This document shows positions 1-15,481 of a DNA stretch of 64,000 bases, in pieces. Within the stretch, counting starts at the first letter, position 1. Every line of letters begins with the position of its first letter. The stretch is from the sequence record MK250021.1. One strand, given 5' to 3'. The notes below the pieces were generated by a model that was not told the origin of the DNA, searched no databases, and was given only the letters and a program-made list of their open reading frames with translations. The translations under genes were made by a program, and so were the position numbers.

Positions 1-3000
1 GCGGAAGGTGCTGGTAATTCAATCTCAGTATTACCTGATTTATATGTTGGAATAATTACATCTTCATCGTCTGAATCTTCATCGTCTGAATCTTCATCGT
101 CTGAATCAGCATCATCTACTTCCTTCATATTAAAACCAAAAGTATCATCGTCATCAGAATCATCTTCATTTGATTCTTCATCATCTTCCATTTTACTTAA
201 AGGATAATCCCACTCCCAATCATCATCGTCATCATCAGAATCAAGTTTCTGTGAAAATACATCACGGTCTTCATCATTACCGTCTCTTAAATATGCATCT
301 TCCCAATCTTCATCATTGTCATCATCTGAACCACGTAAAGCGGCAATTGTTGGACCAACTTCCTCATTTGCAGGTTCAGCAGTATCACAAATAGATGTAT
401 AATCAGGATGTCCCTTAATTGCGTCGATAACAGCGGCATAAAGTTCATTAGTCATAGGTTCGTTATCAAGAATAGGATTATTGTTATCATCAAGATAGAA
501 TTCTATAGTCTTGTTCTCTACATACTTCTTACCTGTGCCATCAATCATAGGAACGATTACGATAACAGAACCTGATTTTTCTTTCTTACCTTCCTTAACA
601 TTCTCATCAAACATTACATCTGCAATCTTATAAGAGAATTTAGGTTGGTATGCATCTTCTTTTTCTTCTTCCTCTGTTTTAGGTGTATTCTCTGGATTTT
701 CTTCAACATCCGTATTTGTTCCAAGAGGATCTTCTGTATCGCCACCAAATACATCTGTAGCTTCGTCACCTGGTTCAGCAACTTCATCATCAGACGTTTC
801 ATCATCTGTACCCATATCAACAGTTGTCATACCTGTATTTTCAGGTTCATCCTCATCAGAAGTGTCACCAATAGTATCATCTTCAGAATTCATTTCATCA
901 TTATCTTCATCAGAAATTGTATCATCTTCTGTTTCTTCTGGTTCGAAAATATCGTCATCGTCCTCTGAATCAATTGAAGAATTATTATCGTCATCGAAAC
1001 TTACTTCCTTAAATGCTTCTTCATCATCTTGATCATTATCATCATCAGAAGTAAACATATCTTCATCTGAATCTTCATCATCTGAATCCTCAAAATCTGG
1101 TTCATCTTCTGTTTCATCATTATCAGCATCTATTGCATCTGCGGCAGCATCATCAAAACCAGTACCATCTTCCTCTGAATCTTCATCATCAGAATCACTA
1201 CCTAAGAACTTAGCGAATTCATCATCAGATACTCTATCATCAGATTCATCAGACTCCTCATCACTAAAGTTATCAGTTGCTTCAGAATCTCCATTTTCTC
1301 CACTTAACGGTTGTGAAAGTTCATCTTTATTCGCGTCAACTTCATCATCAGACATTGGTTCATTTGGTTTTTCCTTAGTTACAGAACCATCATTTGTATC
1401 ATCATCTGTATCTTCTGTATCCGCTTCTGAATCAGTATCTTCATCATCTGAATGATCTTCGCCTGTTGCATCATCTGCTTGTTTTTGCCATTCTTTATAT
1501 TCAGCTTTAATATCATCAAGTTTCTCTTCTGCGTCAGAAATAGCTTTCTCAAGTTTCTCTTTATTTTCATCAGAAGCAGACTCAAGAGCCTTATTAAGTT
1601 TATCAATCATATCTTCATATTTCTCGATAGAATCTTCATATTGATTCTTTGTCTCATTAAGTTTAAGAATGATCTTATCTTGAGATGGAAGCAAATCACT
1701 AAACAATGAAGATACATTAATACCCATATGTTCATTCAACTTATTCTTGCAGAAAATAGGATTTACATTTCTATAGAATGTATGTTGTCCAATAGCATCG
1801 TTATGAGTTGCAATGAAAATATTTTGGTCAAGTCTAAACAAATCCGCATTAATATTATTATTCTCATTAAGAGTTACATGCTTTGCCCAATCAATCTTTG
1901 CGATATTATTAAAGTTCTCCAAAAGGCATGAACACATAATATAGAAGTTTGTATCGTAATCATCATACTTCATGCACATTTCTCTAAGATTACGAAGTGA
2001 CTCTCTTGACTCCTTATGTCCATAAAGGTCTACATAGCCTTCATAAATCGTAGCATACTTATCATTACCATGAAGAATAATATTATCCTCATTAATCTCT
2101 ACATGTGGATCATTTACAAGTCTACAAAGTTCAACAAATCTCTCATCAAGTTCATCTACATACTTCTCATCAAGAACTGTAATGTTATTTCCTTTCTTTA
2201 CATAGAATTGACCATTAACATTGAAAATTGCTTCATTTTCCTTAACATATTGTACTGGTGTATAAATGTTAGAAACTGTAGCGTTCTCTCTAATAATATT
2301 AATTTGGTCCTTAATATTCAATGCTTTCTCTGTAAGTTCATTAGCTCTACGTGAGTTATCAGAATAAATAACATTGAACATTTCGTTAATATATGGATCA
2401 GAAGCATATGGCATTAAAGCATTACGTAACTGAACTCTATTAATTGCATTTGGCTCCTTTACATAACGTGCAACATCTTCTTGAATAAGATCTACATAAA
2501 TGAATGAAGAATGATCATCCTTCATTTCCTCCAAAATCTTAGTAAGTGTGATTTCCTCTCGTTTTGAATCTACTTTCTCGACAATAGATTTCATTGCCTT
2601 ACTAACAGGAAGAAGATAATTAAACTTAGATACATTCTGAAGGAAAGTCTCATAAAGTCTCTCTTCATATGCACCTTGATTAATTGCGTTTGAATAAAGA
2701 TTAATAACCTCCATAAGACGTTGGTTGGAAGAAGCGTCTGAATGACGGATATTATTAATATGTTCGGAAAGATTAATACCTTGATTATTAGCAATAGCAT
2801 TCAAACAGTAATTTTCTTTTTCTGTTAACTTTGCTTTTTCATCTTCATCAAGTTTTTCATCGATATAACGTTGGACCTTTGAGAAAATTTGGTCCATTGT
2901 TTTCTTATCACGTTTTTCCTGAAGCTTCTTCTCAAAATCTCTTTGTTCTGATTCATTTACATAATCTGCATGAATAAAATTAGCGGACATTGAAGATTCT

Positions 3001-3509
3001 TCTGTAATAAGAATATTTAATTTTGTAGCAATAGGATTTCCTTCTTCTACAAGCGGTGACAATACATCTACCAATGTATCCTTTGTTTCCTGACATTTGT
3101 TTGCTACATATTGATTATAAGCATACTTAACCTCATCCTTTATATAAGGATCATTAAGTTGTTCAATAAGTTGATAACCTACAAGATTAGCACCATCTGT
3201 TGCTAAGGTATTGTTCATCTGCTCAATAACAGATTTAACAGACTTATTGCCTTTTGCATATTTAGTAAGTCCTTGTCCGAACTGTTCAAAAAGCATAAAG
3301 TCCTATGCACCATTAGAAAGTGCGTTATTATATTCAACCAAATAGTTCATCAAATCGGGGTTCTTATGACCTTCTTCGATAAGACCATTCACATATCTAT
3401 GAATATTGAACTTAGTAGTGCCATCAAAGTTTTCTGTATCTCTATTAAAACTTTCTTGAATAATATTACGAACACCTGCTAAAAGCTCGTCTTTATTTAA
3501 TTTTCCCAT
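1..3509 (-). CDS. Large (>1169 aa, runs off the window) coiled-coil plus extremely acidic protein; putative prohead core/internal head protein
   Basis: ATG 3509 (MGKLNKDELL); single TAG at 3303-3305 read as Gln, then open to position 1; D/E-rich C-terminal half. Function inferred from composition and context. Confidence 0.7.
61..105. repeat. 15-bp tandem repeat x3 (tcttcatcgtctgaa) encoding DSDDE-type units
   Basis: Three exact copies inside the acidic CDS. Confidence 0.95.
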
Positions 3510-3578
3510 TAAGTTTAAATATTATTTTATTTTTATTATTTATTTATGTAAAAAATAAGCATATTTCACAAAATATGC

Positions 3579-4949
3579 TTAAACTATTAATATAGAATCA
3601 CTTATGCATTTATTCTCTGTATTATAATGATCTCTTAATATTAATTTAACTTGTTTTGTATTTACTTCTCTTGGATATACGAAACATTTGAATTCAATAG
3701 GATTTGTTTCATCTATCATGAAATTCTTAAGATTAAGTTTCGCTGGAATTTCTTTTACCTATCCTTTATTATCTTCATATGATATTATACAATCAACTTG
3801 CGAATTTGCCGTAATAAAATATCCTTTATTTAATACATATACAGTCGATTCATCTACTATACGAGTTTCTGGATCCGGATACATATAGATTTCAGGATTT
3901 GTATATACTGTACATTCTTCTGTATTAGGTACGAGAATATCTATACGTGAAGGATTATCTATAAAATCTGTTGGTATTCTCCAATGATAGAAATTATGGT
4001 TATCTACTGAATCCAATACGAACTATTCGCCTTTTTCATCTTCATATAGAATATCAACTTGAAGAAGATCTCTATCTTGATATGAATATTTCCATTCAAC
4101 TAAAAGGTCCTAACCTGATACCAATATCATATCTTCAAAATCTGTTACCCAATGTAATGGCCCTGTTACTTTTTCTGGATGATTTCTATTTACCCATATA
4201 GCATAACCATTATTCCTTATAACATTATCTGCTGGACGTTCATTATATCTATCAAATATAGGTTGATATGTTTCGCACTATATAGTAAATGGAACTTTAA
4301 TCATAGTCTCTGATGGAAGTTGTCCAAAAGTATAAGTTCCTCCTGCCGTTGGTTGATATGCGGATTCTGGAAACCCCACACGAACAGGAACAACAGTTCC
4401 TTTATAATTAATATGATATGTTAAATTCTTATAAAAGAATTCTCTATATGCTTGATTAATTTTCATTGCCTCTGCCATTGTTGAACATCTTATTTCAACA
4501 TTGAAACTATATGTTAACGGCATAGAATAAAGATAAGATACATAAGATTTAAGTTTACCATTTTCTCTTTTTGTATACTTACCCATTACAAACCTGTTAG
4601 TGATATTTCCCGATTCTATTTGAACACTTGACATTGATAAACGTCCCTAAGGGTATCTATCAAAATTACCGTCTATTTTTTGAAGTCCAATATCTGTACA
4701 TTCATCACTTGTGAAATTTGTATAATTATCTTGGATAAACTTTTCTGAATTTTGATTTGAACCACCAAAATCATAAAAGAATGGAACACATACATTTTCT
4801 ATTCCATCTTCTGTATCATCCCATCTTTGCTCGTAATATAATCTTCTGTTAAATACCTTAAGTAATCCTACCAAAACTGCTCTGTCAAAAATATCTGTTG
4901 TATTTCTATTTTCAAAAAGCTATTTAGGAGTTAATTGTGTTTTTGACAT
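3579..4949 (-). CDS. T4 gp15-like tail terminator/sheath stabiliser with C-terminal extension (456 aa)
   Basis: ORFs 4647-4874, 4278-4634 and 3759-4016 join via TAG; ATG 4949, TAA 3579. PLTYSFNVEIRCSTMAEAMKINQ resembles the gp15 core (PIKMIYELSIFTRYEDDMFQIVEQ). Confidence 0.65.
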
Positions 4950-5041
4950 AATTATAAACTAAAAATTAGTTTCAATATTTATTAAATAAAAAATGAGATC
5001 TATAAATTAATATAGATCTCATTTAATTATATTATATAATA

Positions 5042-6280
5042 TTACTTATCCATTTTTGACCAATATAAATCTTCATCAACTAAATCAATAAGTCCCGACT
5101 AATATACTTTCCAATCGGTTTTTGAATATACATGGTCTTTTACTTTATCATCGTCGTAATCTAATTTATATTGTATTATAATAAAATTACCTTTTTCATC
5201 TTTTCCTTTCTCTATAACTTTATTACTTGTCATATAATTTGATGAATAGTCAGATAAAGACTTTGCATTTAATTTATTATTTTCTTGTAAATGTGAAATT
5301 ACTTTATTTCCAATAATATTTATAATTTCATGCATATCTTTTTTATTACTAAACTTATAATTAGGTATATTATAGTCTATTAAGAATTGTTTAAATAAAT
5401 CCTCACCATATTTAAAACCATTATACTCCGATGGATTCATAATAAGTGGTTGCTGTTCCATTTTGAATAATTTAAATCCTAATTTTTTAAGATATAACAA
5501 AAATAGTTCAAATGTTTTTAAATTTTCACAAATTAAAGAATATCCAAGTATTACATTTTTACATAATTTTGTCAACTTAATAGGGTTTTCATTATTATTT
5601 GTAACAAATATATTAATTTTACTATATAAATTTATATATTCTTCTTTAATAGGAATAACTTTATTTGGATCAATAACTTCTTTCCTAGCATCTCCAATAA
5701 TTATATTTTTTGTTTTATGATATATATCATCTTCTGCGTTCAATATAATATTTTTTATTTTATACCCATTTTCTATATATGTGTTTATAAGATAAAACAT
5801 TTGTAAAAATAATTCATTACCTATATAATCATATGGTATAAACTCCATATTATAATGTGGTTGTCCCATATTAAATATAATATCTGTTATCACTTTATCA
5901 TTAACATGTAATATACAATTTAAATCATATTTGTTTGTTCTACCAAATCCATAAATTTCAATTGTATCAATATCAATTGAATTATCATAGTCTTTAAATT
6001 TACAATTAATCTGAAATTTTTTTACATTATTAAAATATCTTATATAATACTTATTTTTACATGCTTCATTAATATATATTAATCCTATATTGTAAAGATT
6101 TTCAGCCCTATCAAAATTCACAAAACTATCAGGATATTCAGTGATATTATATGGTAGCTTTTTAAGCTATCTTATTTCATTATTATATAATTCCTATGAT
6201 ACTGTACGTTCTGGTGTATCTACAATATCGTCTATATCATCAAAAAGGGACTCAACTAATTTCTTTATTAATTTATTCAT
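5042..6280 (-). CDS. Hypothetical protein with ESLFDD leader (412 aa)
   Basis: MNKLIKKLVESLFDDIDD; TAG readthrough on both sides of ORF 5099-6121; TAA 5042; start overlaps the upstream stop (ATGA). Confidence 0.8.
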
Positions 6281-9200
6281 TTTGTATATTTTTGTTCTAT
6301 TATTTTTATAATAAATTTAATATTATCATAAGCAGGATCCGTATTTACAATAACTTCTCGTGTTCTATTTTCTTGAGTAGGCCAACTATAAGATGAATTA
6401 TATGTTTGCTTTATATTAAATTTAAAAGTTAATCTGTCAAAACTACAATTTATACCATTCTTATTGCTTTCTGTAACACTAAAACTATTAAAATACTACC
6501 AATATACACCTACTGAATTATTTCCATTAAATGAAGAACACAAATAACTACTAAAATCATATGTACTTGTATCATTACTTCTTTCACTATATGATATATT
6601 AATTGTTTTTAATGTAATCGTATCATCATACTATTTATAACCTTCTATATAAAAACATGCACTATTTTTATCTGCATATGTTCTATTAAATACTGTTAAC
6701 CCATTATCAGTACTTTTTTTATAACCATATAAATTTCTAGAATCTAATTGTCCACTTCCTGTTTTTACATTATATGTAAGTCTTGCTAACCATGTATATG
6801 AACTTTTTATATTTGCTTCCTATACAGTTAAATTATATGTTTTTGTCTATTCTTTATTTACTTCTGTATCAGTTGTATTAAAAATATATTTTTCTGTGCT
6901 TCTATCTAATGTTATTGATGGGTTACTCCCTTTATTCTTAAATGTACGATATGTTACTTTTACACGTCCATTACATAACTGACTCCACATATGACCATAT
7001 AAATCTATGTAAATATATTTACATTTGTTTTCTAATAATGTATTACTAATCTATGCTAAAATTTCTTTCATATTAATAAATATAGATTCCTATGAACCTG
7101 ATCTATTATCTCCAGAAAAACCTAGTATATCTTCATATTCTGTATAATTGTTCGTTTGATGCCAATATTCAGTTGTACTTGGATATAAAGTCTCAGAAAA
7201 TCCCATTGTTGTATTATTTAATATATATGTTTTATTATGAGATGTTATATTCATTTTAATATTTTTATTATTTGTAATATGTGTTATTGTATCCAAATCA
7301 GAACCAGTCAATTTATTTTTTTCTGATGGAATATGTGAACTACCAGCATTATTTAAAAATATATATTCAAATAATAAAAAATCAAATGAAGCTAATCCAA
7401 TAGCAAACGCACTTGCTTGATTAATTAACATTATTTTATTGTCAACTGAACCTATATTATATTTTACCGTAAAATTAACACACCTCTCATAATCATAATC
7501 TGAGTCTTTTGGATTCTAACTAAATTTACATTTTAATTCTAATTTATCATCTTTTAATGATGTTTCTTCTGTTTTAAAATCAGCAAGATACTCATATGTC
7601 ATATCACCATCATTATATTTTTCATATGTAACTTCATAATGTGACTAATTAGTATCAATATATGTACCATTTTTTACTTTTGCATAATACTATAAATAAA
7701 AATAGCCTGAATCAGTAGCTTGCAATGCTAATTCTTCCATATCATCTTCAACTTTTGTTGAACCTCTCATATAATATGCATGAACAAATAATTCAAACTC
7801 TCCTGCACCTTGTGATAATGTTTTATCTGCTTTTGCTTGACTATCATGAAATGTATATGTAAATGTAAACGTTAATGTTCTATCTGTTGATGATATACCA
7901 ATTTCAATATTATATATACATCTTGTTCCTGATATTATAGGTTCAGGTATATTTATACTTGAATCTGAGCATGTAAGTTCACCGTCTGATTTTTCATCAC
8001 CATTAAGTTCACCATAACACTCAAGAGTTATAGTTTCCCCTGCATTGTTTATTTTTCCATCTACTGTACCACTCGTTAAATTTATAACAGCATTAATATT
8101 TGATTTACCCTGATATATTATAAAAGTAGACAAATATTCTTTTGTAATATCACTATACTAATATTTTACTGTTATTTTATATATTTTATCAGAAGTTGTA
8201 CTATCATTTTCAGGAATAGTAACAGTTATTTTATAACACGGTTTATCTTCATCTTCATATTTTTCTTTATCACTTCGTATTACACTTATATCATCACATG
8301 TTATATTATAATGTGTTAAATTGTCATCAAATGATTTATCTGGTCCACCTTTAAAATATAGTGTCTATATAATCTTCTTACCATTTTTTCTATAATCGAC
8401 ATAATCAGAACCGTTAAAATCGGGATTGTCTCTTATAATTACACTATACGTTGTGCCTGACTATTTAAGTGTGTCTGATGCATTTAACGACTCATTAATT
8501 GAAACTGTAGCAACTAAATTACGTTCATTCTCTGTGATATTATCTGTTACTGCATATGGATATGAATATACATTATCATCACTTTTTGTTATTTTTGAAA
8601 AATCAATTGATATATTTTCATCGCCTAATGTTAATTTAAAATCATATTTTATTTTTGATAAATCTAATTTATTCTTTTGTTCTTTATCATCAGCTTTTGT
8701 TAAATAATAATGTATATATATTATATCATTATTCTCATTCTTATTATTAGATATAGATGTTATTATTTTATTTCCATCCTTATTATAAAATCCAATATAT
8801 AATGTATAATTAGTAGTATTATATGCAAATCTTTTAATATATAAATAGTTTGATTTTCCAGTAGTATTTACCGACTTACCATTATTATAATTGTAATATG
8901 TATAATTTCGTTTATACTATAAACTATAAGTAGTATTTTCTGTTTTTGACGTTATATCACTTAACTAAACAGTAAATTCATAATAATTATCAGTATCATT
9001 AAATTCTGGGTTTTTTACAATAGTAATTTCATCATTTGATGATAAATAAATATCATCTTTTTTAATTGTTATATGATTTCCTTTAAGTTCACCGGTTTTT
9101 TTATCAAATGGCTATTTATAATCTAAATCTATATGATCATTACAATATAATCCTAAATATAATGTTAATGTTTGTTCTGTAGGATCACAATATATATAAT

Positions 9201-12200
9201 AATCATTTATCTTTTTATAGATATTACCATCTTTATGTCTAATTCCATATATTTTATTGTTATTCGGCGTCTCATTATCTTCAATACTATCCTTAGGATC
9301 ATCTACTAAATACGATAAATTATATGCTCTTGTTGCTTCCTTTTGACATATCTATATAATCCTAGTAGTAGAAGATTCTTTATAATTGTTCTAATAATGA
9401 ATGCAAAAATAAAAATACTACTAAACATCATTAATATTTTCATTCATTGTTATTTCTTGACCTATATAATTAATATTTCCGACTTTTTCACTTGATTGTT
9501 CTGATATTGTATAATATGGTACATTAGATATTAGTGTATAAATTCCTAATTTATTTTTATAATAAAAATTCTTAAATGTTGTATCTATAAGTCTTTTACT
9601 AATATCCCTGTATTGATAAATAACATTATAATATATAATAAAATTTTTAACTTTTGTTGTATCAATATTATATATTACCACATTTGATGTATTAGGACTA
9701 GTTGACATTATTCCTGCTTCTTTATCATTAATTCTATAATGTGATATATACGCATATTTATTTTTTGATGCAGTATATATCTATGAAGCATCATCATATA
9801 ATGTATATACTTTATCTTTGTATAAAACAAACTATGTATATGCATAATCAATATCTTTATACTTTTGTATATATTTTAATATAATTTTATTATCAAATGC
9901 TAATAAATTCTACGGTATATTTAAACAACCATAATAATAATCTTCATCTTCATTATATATTATATTAGAAGTATATGGCATTAAATTATTTTGTGACCAT
10001 AAAGTTAAATTATTTGTGTTATTAAGATTAATAGTTAAGTCACTATTATAGTTTCTTAAATCAATATTTACTAATTTAATATTTCCATTTTCAATAATTG
10101 ACTCCTACATATAATATTTAAAATATAATACAGTATCATGTAAAATATTTTCAATAATATAACTATCTTTTGTTGAGTTATTATATGTTAACTTATCATC
10201 TAAACTACTATTACTATATAATTCTAAATTTAATTTTATATATGTTTGCTATAATGTTAATGTATCTTCTTCAATATTAGAATTAGTATTATACCTATAT
10301 TTTCCTATAATTATTAATTTTCTTATCCTTTGATTATTATTTACATTTGTGTTATCTATATTTTTTATATCTAATTTTATATTTGTATAATCTGAAGTAT
10401 TAACTAATTTTATTTGTGAATTCAAAATATTATCTGAAGTATTGTCTATCACAGCAGAAGTTAAATATGTTGTATAGTATGCGTTTGAACTTGTTCCTTT
10501 ATTTTTTTCTTCCTAATTATTATATAATATACCATAGCCTTTAACTATAAAATTACTATTACCTTCAAATGATATAATATTCGTATCAGATACAAGCTTA
10601 CATTCATACTATAGTGATTCCTATGTGATTTTAATATAATCGGTTCTATTAATTTCAGTATTTCCTAATATATATGATATTTGATAATAAAATTCTCTAT
10701 TACCATTTACATTATAATATTCATTTTTTAATCGAATATTTTGTGCACTAAGGAAATCATCGGTATCTTTAGTAGTTTCATATTCTATATTTTCTAAATC
10801 AAATAATGAATTAGCAGATATAAATTTATCCTAATTTTTCTAATAGAAATTTATGTCGAATAAATTGCTATCAATCACTATAGATTTTTCATTATCATAA
10901 ACATTAACTGCATTAAAAACCAATTTAATTTCACTAAATTGAGGAATACCACCTATTGTGTCAGTTGATAATTTTTCATTTATATTAACTTTAGTTTGCG
11001 TAGTATCAAAATGTTGTTGTATAAAAGTTATATTATTTAACTTTAATGTCGATAAACTTATATTTATATATATTTCTGGATTTATAAATTTAGTTAATAA
11101 TGGGAACTACAAATATAAATTTTTTTTATCAGTTGAATTTTCATTAATATCTTTAATATTATTATAATCAAAATCAGTTAAATTTTTATTTGTTCTCGTA
11201 TAATTAATCTCATAATATTCTGTTATTTCTGTATTATCAATATATTTAATATTACTCATAGATGTAATTATATGTTGTCCGTCACTCGTTCTTGCATAAT
11301 AATATAATGATATATCTTTACCAAATGGTGTTACTTTAAAAACAGATGGTGAATCATAAAATTCATCATCAATTTCATAACATAGCTTCATATCCGTATC
11401 ATATTTCTATATTATAACAATTTCATTACTTTTAATTTTATTCTTATATATAACATATACTTTTACCTTCCTTTCATATAATGTATAATTAGGATTTATG
11501 ATTAAATTTAAATTATACTGTTTGTCTATATATGATGTTATACCTGTTTGATAATTTAATTCATATGTATTATTAATAAACTCAAAATGAACATCCAAAT
11601 CATCGCTTTGTGTATATTCATTATTTAAACTAAAAGTATATATTAATTTCTTTATTTCACCTTGATATAATATATCATCCGCATTTGTGTTATTGATTGA
11701 GTCAATACCTAATTTTATAACATAATTATTAAATCTTTGTGTAATATAATAATCTCTCTACTTAGAATTATATGTTGTTTTAAATATTACAGAAAATTTT
11801 AAATTTTTGGTAACTGTATTTATATTTTCATCGATTAAATAAATTAAATCTATTTCATTCTATACTGTTGTTCTTAATGATTTAATATTACTTGTATCTA
11901 ATTGTTTGTCATTAATTAATAATGTAACATTAGACTAATTTATATCATTAAGAATTCCATAATATTTAATATGAAGTTCTTGTTCATTACCAGATATTTT
12001 ACCTCCAATTATATGTTCTGTTACTTTACCATTTTTATCAATCCAATTTTCTTTATTATTTAATTCATCAGTTTTTTGCTATTCAGTAGGAATAAATTCT
12101 AAACGTACATCAACATCTTCATAAGGAGCTTGTGAAACTTTTGCATATATATGATTAATACCAGAAATAAAAGATGAATCTGCTGGTATATTATTACTAA

Positions 12201-12477
12201 CAGCAAATTCCATTATACCTTTACGTAATTTCTTTTCTGTATTATCATTAATAGATGTAATAGTTAATTTATTATAATACTTATTTTCTGTTGTAAATTT
12301 ATATCCAGTAATCCAATCAGGTTTATATATACATTCAATAGTAGATGTAATAGGTATATAGTTTTTTTCCAATACTGCATAATATTCCGTATCAGTACTG
12401 GTAAACTTATTTGCTGGTAATATAGGTAATGTAATTGTGTCTGATAATAATTTATTAAATTTATAATCGTTCATCAT
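6277..12477 (-). CDS. Giant 2066-aa beta-rich protein with BACON/Ig-like repeats; putative tail fibre/virion adhesin
   Basis: One frame from ATG 12477 to TGA 6277, interrupted only by about 35 TAG; links seven listed ORF fragments; segments such as WITGY...LTITSINDNTEKKLRKGIMEFAV...KVSQA fit the BACON pattern. Confidence 0.75.
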
Positions 12478-12499
12478 TTATATGCAATTAGTTTTTTAA

Positions 12500-14218
12500 T
12501 TAAAGAAATCCATGGAATATAAAATCTCCAAAGATTGATCTTGTAGTTGGTGCCCATGTAGTTAAAATGGCGGCAATAAACCATATATTTGTTAATTTAA
12601 GTCTTTCATATGTCGGTAAGAAATCACCACCTATAACTATTGTTCCTTCTAGTAATCTTACAAGTTTCTCAATAGCTGGAGCATTCTGATCACTTAATGC
12701 TAATCTGACATCAAACAATTCAGGATCCATTAAATATTCTGGTGCAGTAATAGGCGGAAATGCTTTACGAACAATAGTGTTTATTTTCTAAAAATCTACA
12801 TTCTATAATGCTGACTTCATGCCAATATCCAATTTAAATTGGCACTTACTCATATCAAATGCTATATTCATAACTCCCATTCCCCAAAATGGTTTTCCTA
12901 ACTATCCTGCTTTATATACAGTTGGATCAGTTTTATAAAATGGGCATACAGCCATATTAGATTTTAATGTAAAGAAAAAACCATATTCCTATGGACCAAT
13001 ATAGAATAATCCACTTACTTTATTAATAGTGTTATAAGCTGCTGCCAATGCATTTTCCAATGCTTCTTTAGCTAATTGTACAGCTTTAATAACCTAATTG
13101 ATAACGGCGAATAAGGGTGATAATTTCGCGTCTATCGTGCCGAATTTAATACGCCTTAGTAATTTTATTATTAACTCATCTTTTTTGATTAGAAGCAAAT
13201 TTATAATCTTTTTTAACTCAAGAAATACTATGTTAACTTTCGCAGTTACATAATTTCTGTACTCTTCTGGCATAGATGCTGTTCCTGCTAAAATATCAGG
13301 AACTTTAGAAACAACATTCAATACAAGATTAAAGTAATCAAGAATATTTTTTATTCTTTCTATAATCTCTGGAGTTTCAACAGTATATTCACCTTTTAAT
13401 GTTTCCGATATTTTCCTAAGTAAATCTTTCGCGGCACATGTAAGCGAACAATATCCATTACTAGGCATAAAATCTATATGCTTTCCACATACCGGGCATG
13501 TACCACCTTTCATTAAATAATGTCCGAACTAATCTATTCCAGAAGCTAATCCAATTGCTGCTTCCAATGTACTCTTTTTCTTTTTATTTCCATCGTCATC
13601 TATGGAAATTTCATCATTAACAGCCTTAATTGTATCATCATCCTCAGCGTTCTATACAGAAGAACTCGCTAATGTGGTAGTATCTTCTAATGCAACTGTA
13701 TCTTTTATTTTACCATTTAAATCTGTATCATCTCCCTAATGATACTCATCATTAGAAATTTTTACGCCAAATGTATCTTCTTCTATAATATTAGATTCAT
13801 CAAATATAGAAGCACCTGTATATTCTTCAAGGTCTTCATCTGTTTGCTCTGTATGCCCTGTTGTATTTACAAATTCTTCCGATGAATTATCATTTTGATC
13901 TTCTAACTGTTTCTATGTAAAAGAATTTACATATTTTTCCAATTCATCAAATGATAAATTTCTCTTAACTTCATCCGTTGTTTTATTTGTAACATTATAT
14001 GATAAATCAACCTATATTTTTGTATTTGTTAAATTTCCGTTCTAATCAACTTCATAATAATCATGCCAAGAAACAAATATTTCATTTCTAGGTTCACCGA
14101 CATAATATGTTTTATATCTTAAATTCTATCTATAATATTTTTTGTTTGACTCAATCTAAACATCATCGTCATCATACTCATAATATATAGTTCCTGATTT
14201 TGATGTAATCGTATTCAT
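12500..14218 (-). CDS. Hypothetical 572-aa protein: acidic N-half, CPVC...CSLTC zinc finger, helical C-half
   Basis: ATG 14218 in frame through TAGs with ORFs 13094-13513 and 12500-12730; TAA 12500. Confidence 0.75.
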
Positions 14219-14220
14219 TT

Positions 14221-14934
14221 TCAAATAATTAAGTTTTCAATATTTCCTAAATATTCAACATCATTTAAGTTAAATCTCTACTTTATGTTGTTATCAAACT
14301 TAACAATACATGTATTCATTTTTTCTTGTATAGAATGTAATGTACCAAATTTATCTTTAGATATAATATAAACTTTATTTTCCTATAATTTATTTTGTTT
14401 AAATTTATTATAGTTTTCCTATGTTAATGGATATTTGGTTTTCTTATTCTACTTATTAGCGATAATTTTACCAAATACTCTTGGTACACCATCGAATGTT
14501 TTAATATTGTTAAAGTTAGCATAGAGATTTCCATGTATAATATATGGGAATGCAGTCCAATCAGGTAAGTTATTTCCTGTATAGTTACAAGAGCCATCTA
14601 CCTCATCGAATTTAAATAACTGCATTCCCATTCTATTTAATCCTTTATTAGAAAGGTATAAATTATCATGGACATCCACCAAAATACCATGACCTGTACA
14701 TTTAATCTCATAGTTCTCTACATCAAGTTCATCTAAAATTCGTTCGACTCTTGGTTTTATTTCTGTTTCTTCATATTCTGATGATATGTTGTCTGACAGT
14801 GTTGTATCACTATCAAGCCCTAAAAAATCATCATCTTCATCATCAAAATCATCAAACAGAGATTCATTCAACTTTGAGATTTTTGTGTTGTTATATTTTC
14901 TTATTTTCTTATATTCTGGAACTGAAATAATCAT
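14221..14934 (-). CDS. LNESLFDD-leader protein with short LRR-like repeats (237 aa)
   Basis: ORF 14449-14934 extended through TAGs to TGA 14221; GSCNYTGNNLPDWTAFPYIIHGNLYANFNNIKTFDGVP repeats resemble those of 42985-43527. Confidence 0.75.
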
Positions 14935-14974
14935 AATTAAAAAATAAATAATATTTTATATTATTTATTTTTGT

Positions 14975-15427
14975 TCATTTATCATCATTCATTATTAGAG
15001 TTGTTTTCCCTCTATCATCTTTTTTAATTCCCTAACATTCAATTATCTTATTCTTATAAAAACGTTCATAAAAAAATACTTCTTCACACAAATCGTACAA
15101 GTCTGTATGTTTTGGCAATATTCCATTATCCAAAAGTACAATCTTGCTAATTTCCTTAATCTATTTAAATTTAGACGAGATATTAAACAATAAATTTTCA
15201 TCTAAATTTTTATTAATATAAATAATCCCCTGATATTTCTTTAATTTAGAAGCTTGCTAAATAGCGTTTAGAATTTCTGTATTAACGAAATATATATTTG
15301 ACTATTTGTTTAGATCCAGTTTAAAACTATTTACGAACGACTATACATCAAGAATAAAAAAACTTTTAATGTTAGTGAATAACATTCTTAGTTTATTTTC
15401 AGATTCAGTTGTTACGTATATATTCAT
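14975..15427 (-). CDS. Hypothetical protein (150 aa), TAG-recoded, absent from the ORF track
   Basis: ATG 15427 to TGA 14975, open apart from TAG codons. Confidence 0.65.
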
Positions 15428-15481
15428 TAGAGTTATTAAATGGTTAGTTTTTAATTAAAATTACCAAATATTTATTAACAA

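Noticed and set aside
61-105. Short tandem repeat as a possible CRISPR array
   Set aside because: No spacers; it is an in-frame coding microrepeat. No CRISPR array was seen in the window.
170-3482. Short ORF-track entries on both strands (His-rich, Met-rich, Phe-rich)
   Set aside because: They are shadows of the gat/gaa-rich acidic CDS on the minus strand; the same applies to the overlapping ORFs in 19282-23916 and most other nested calls.
6277-12477. Interpreting the fragmented region as pseudogenes
   Set aside because: All interruptions are TAG in a single frame, with no TAA/TGA or frameshift over 6.2 kb.
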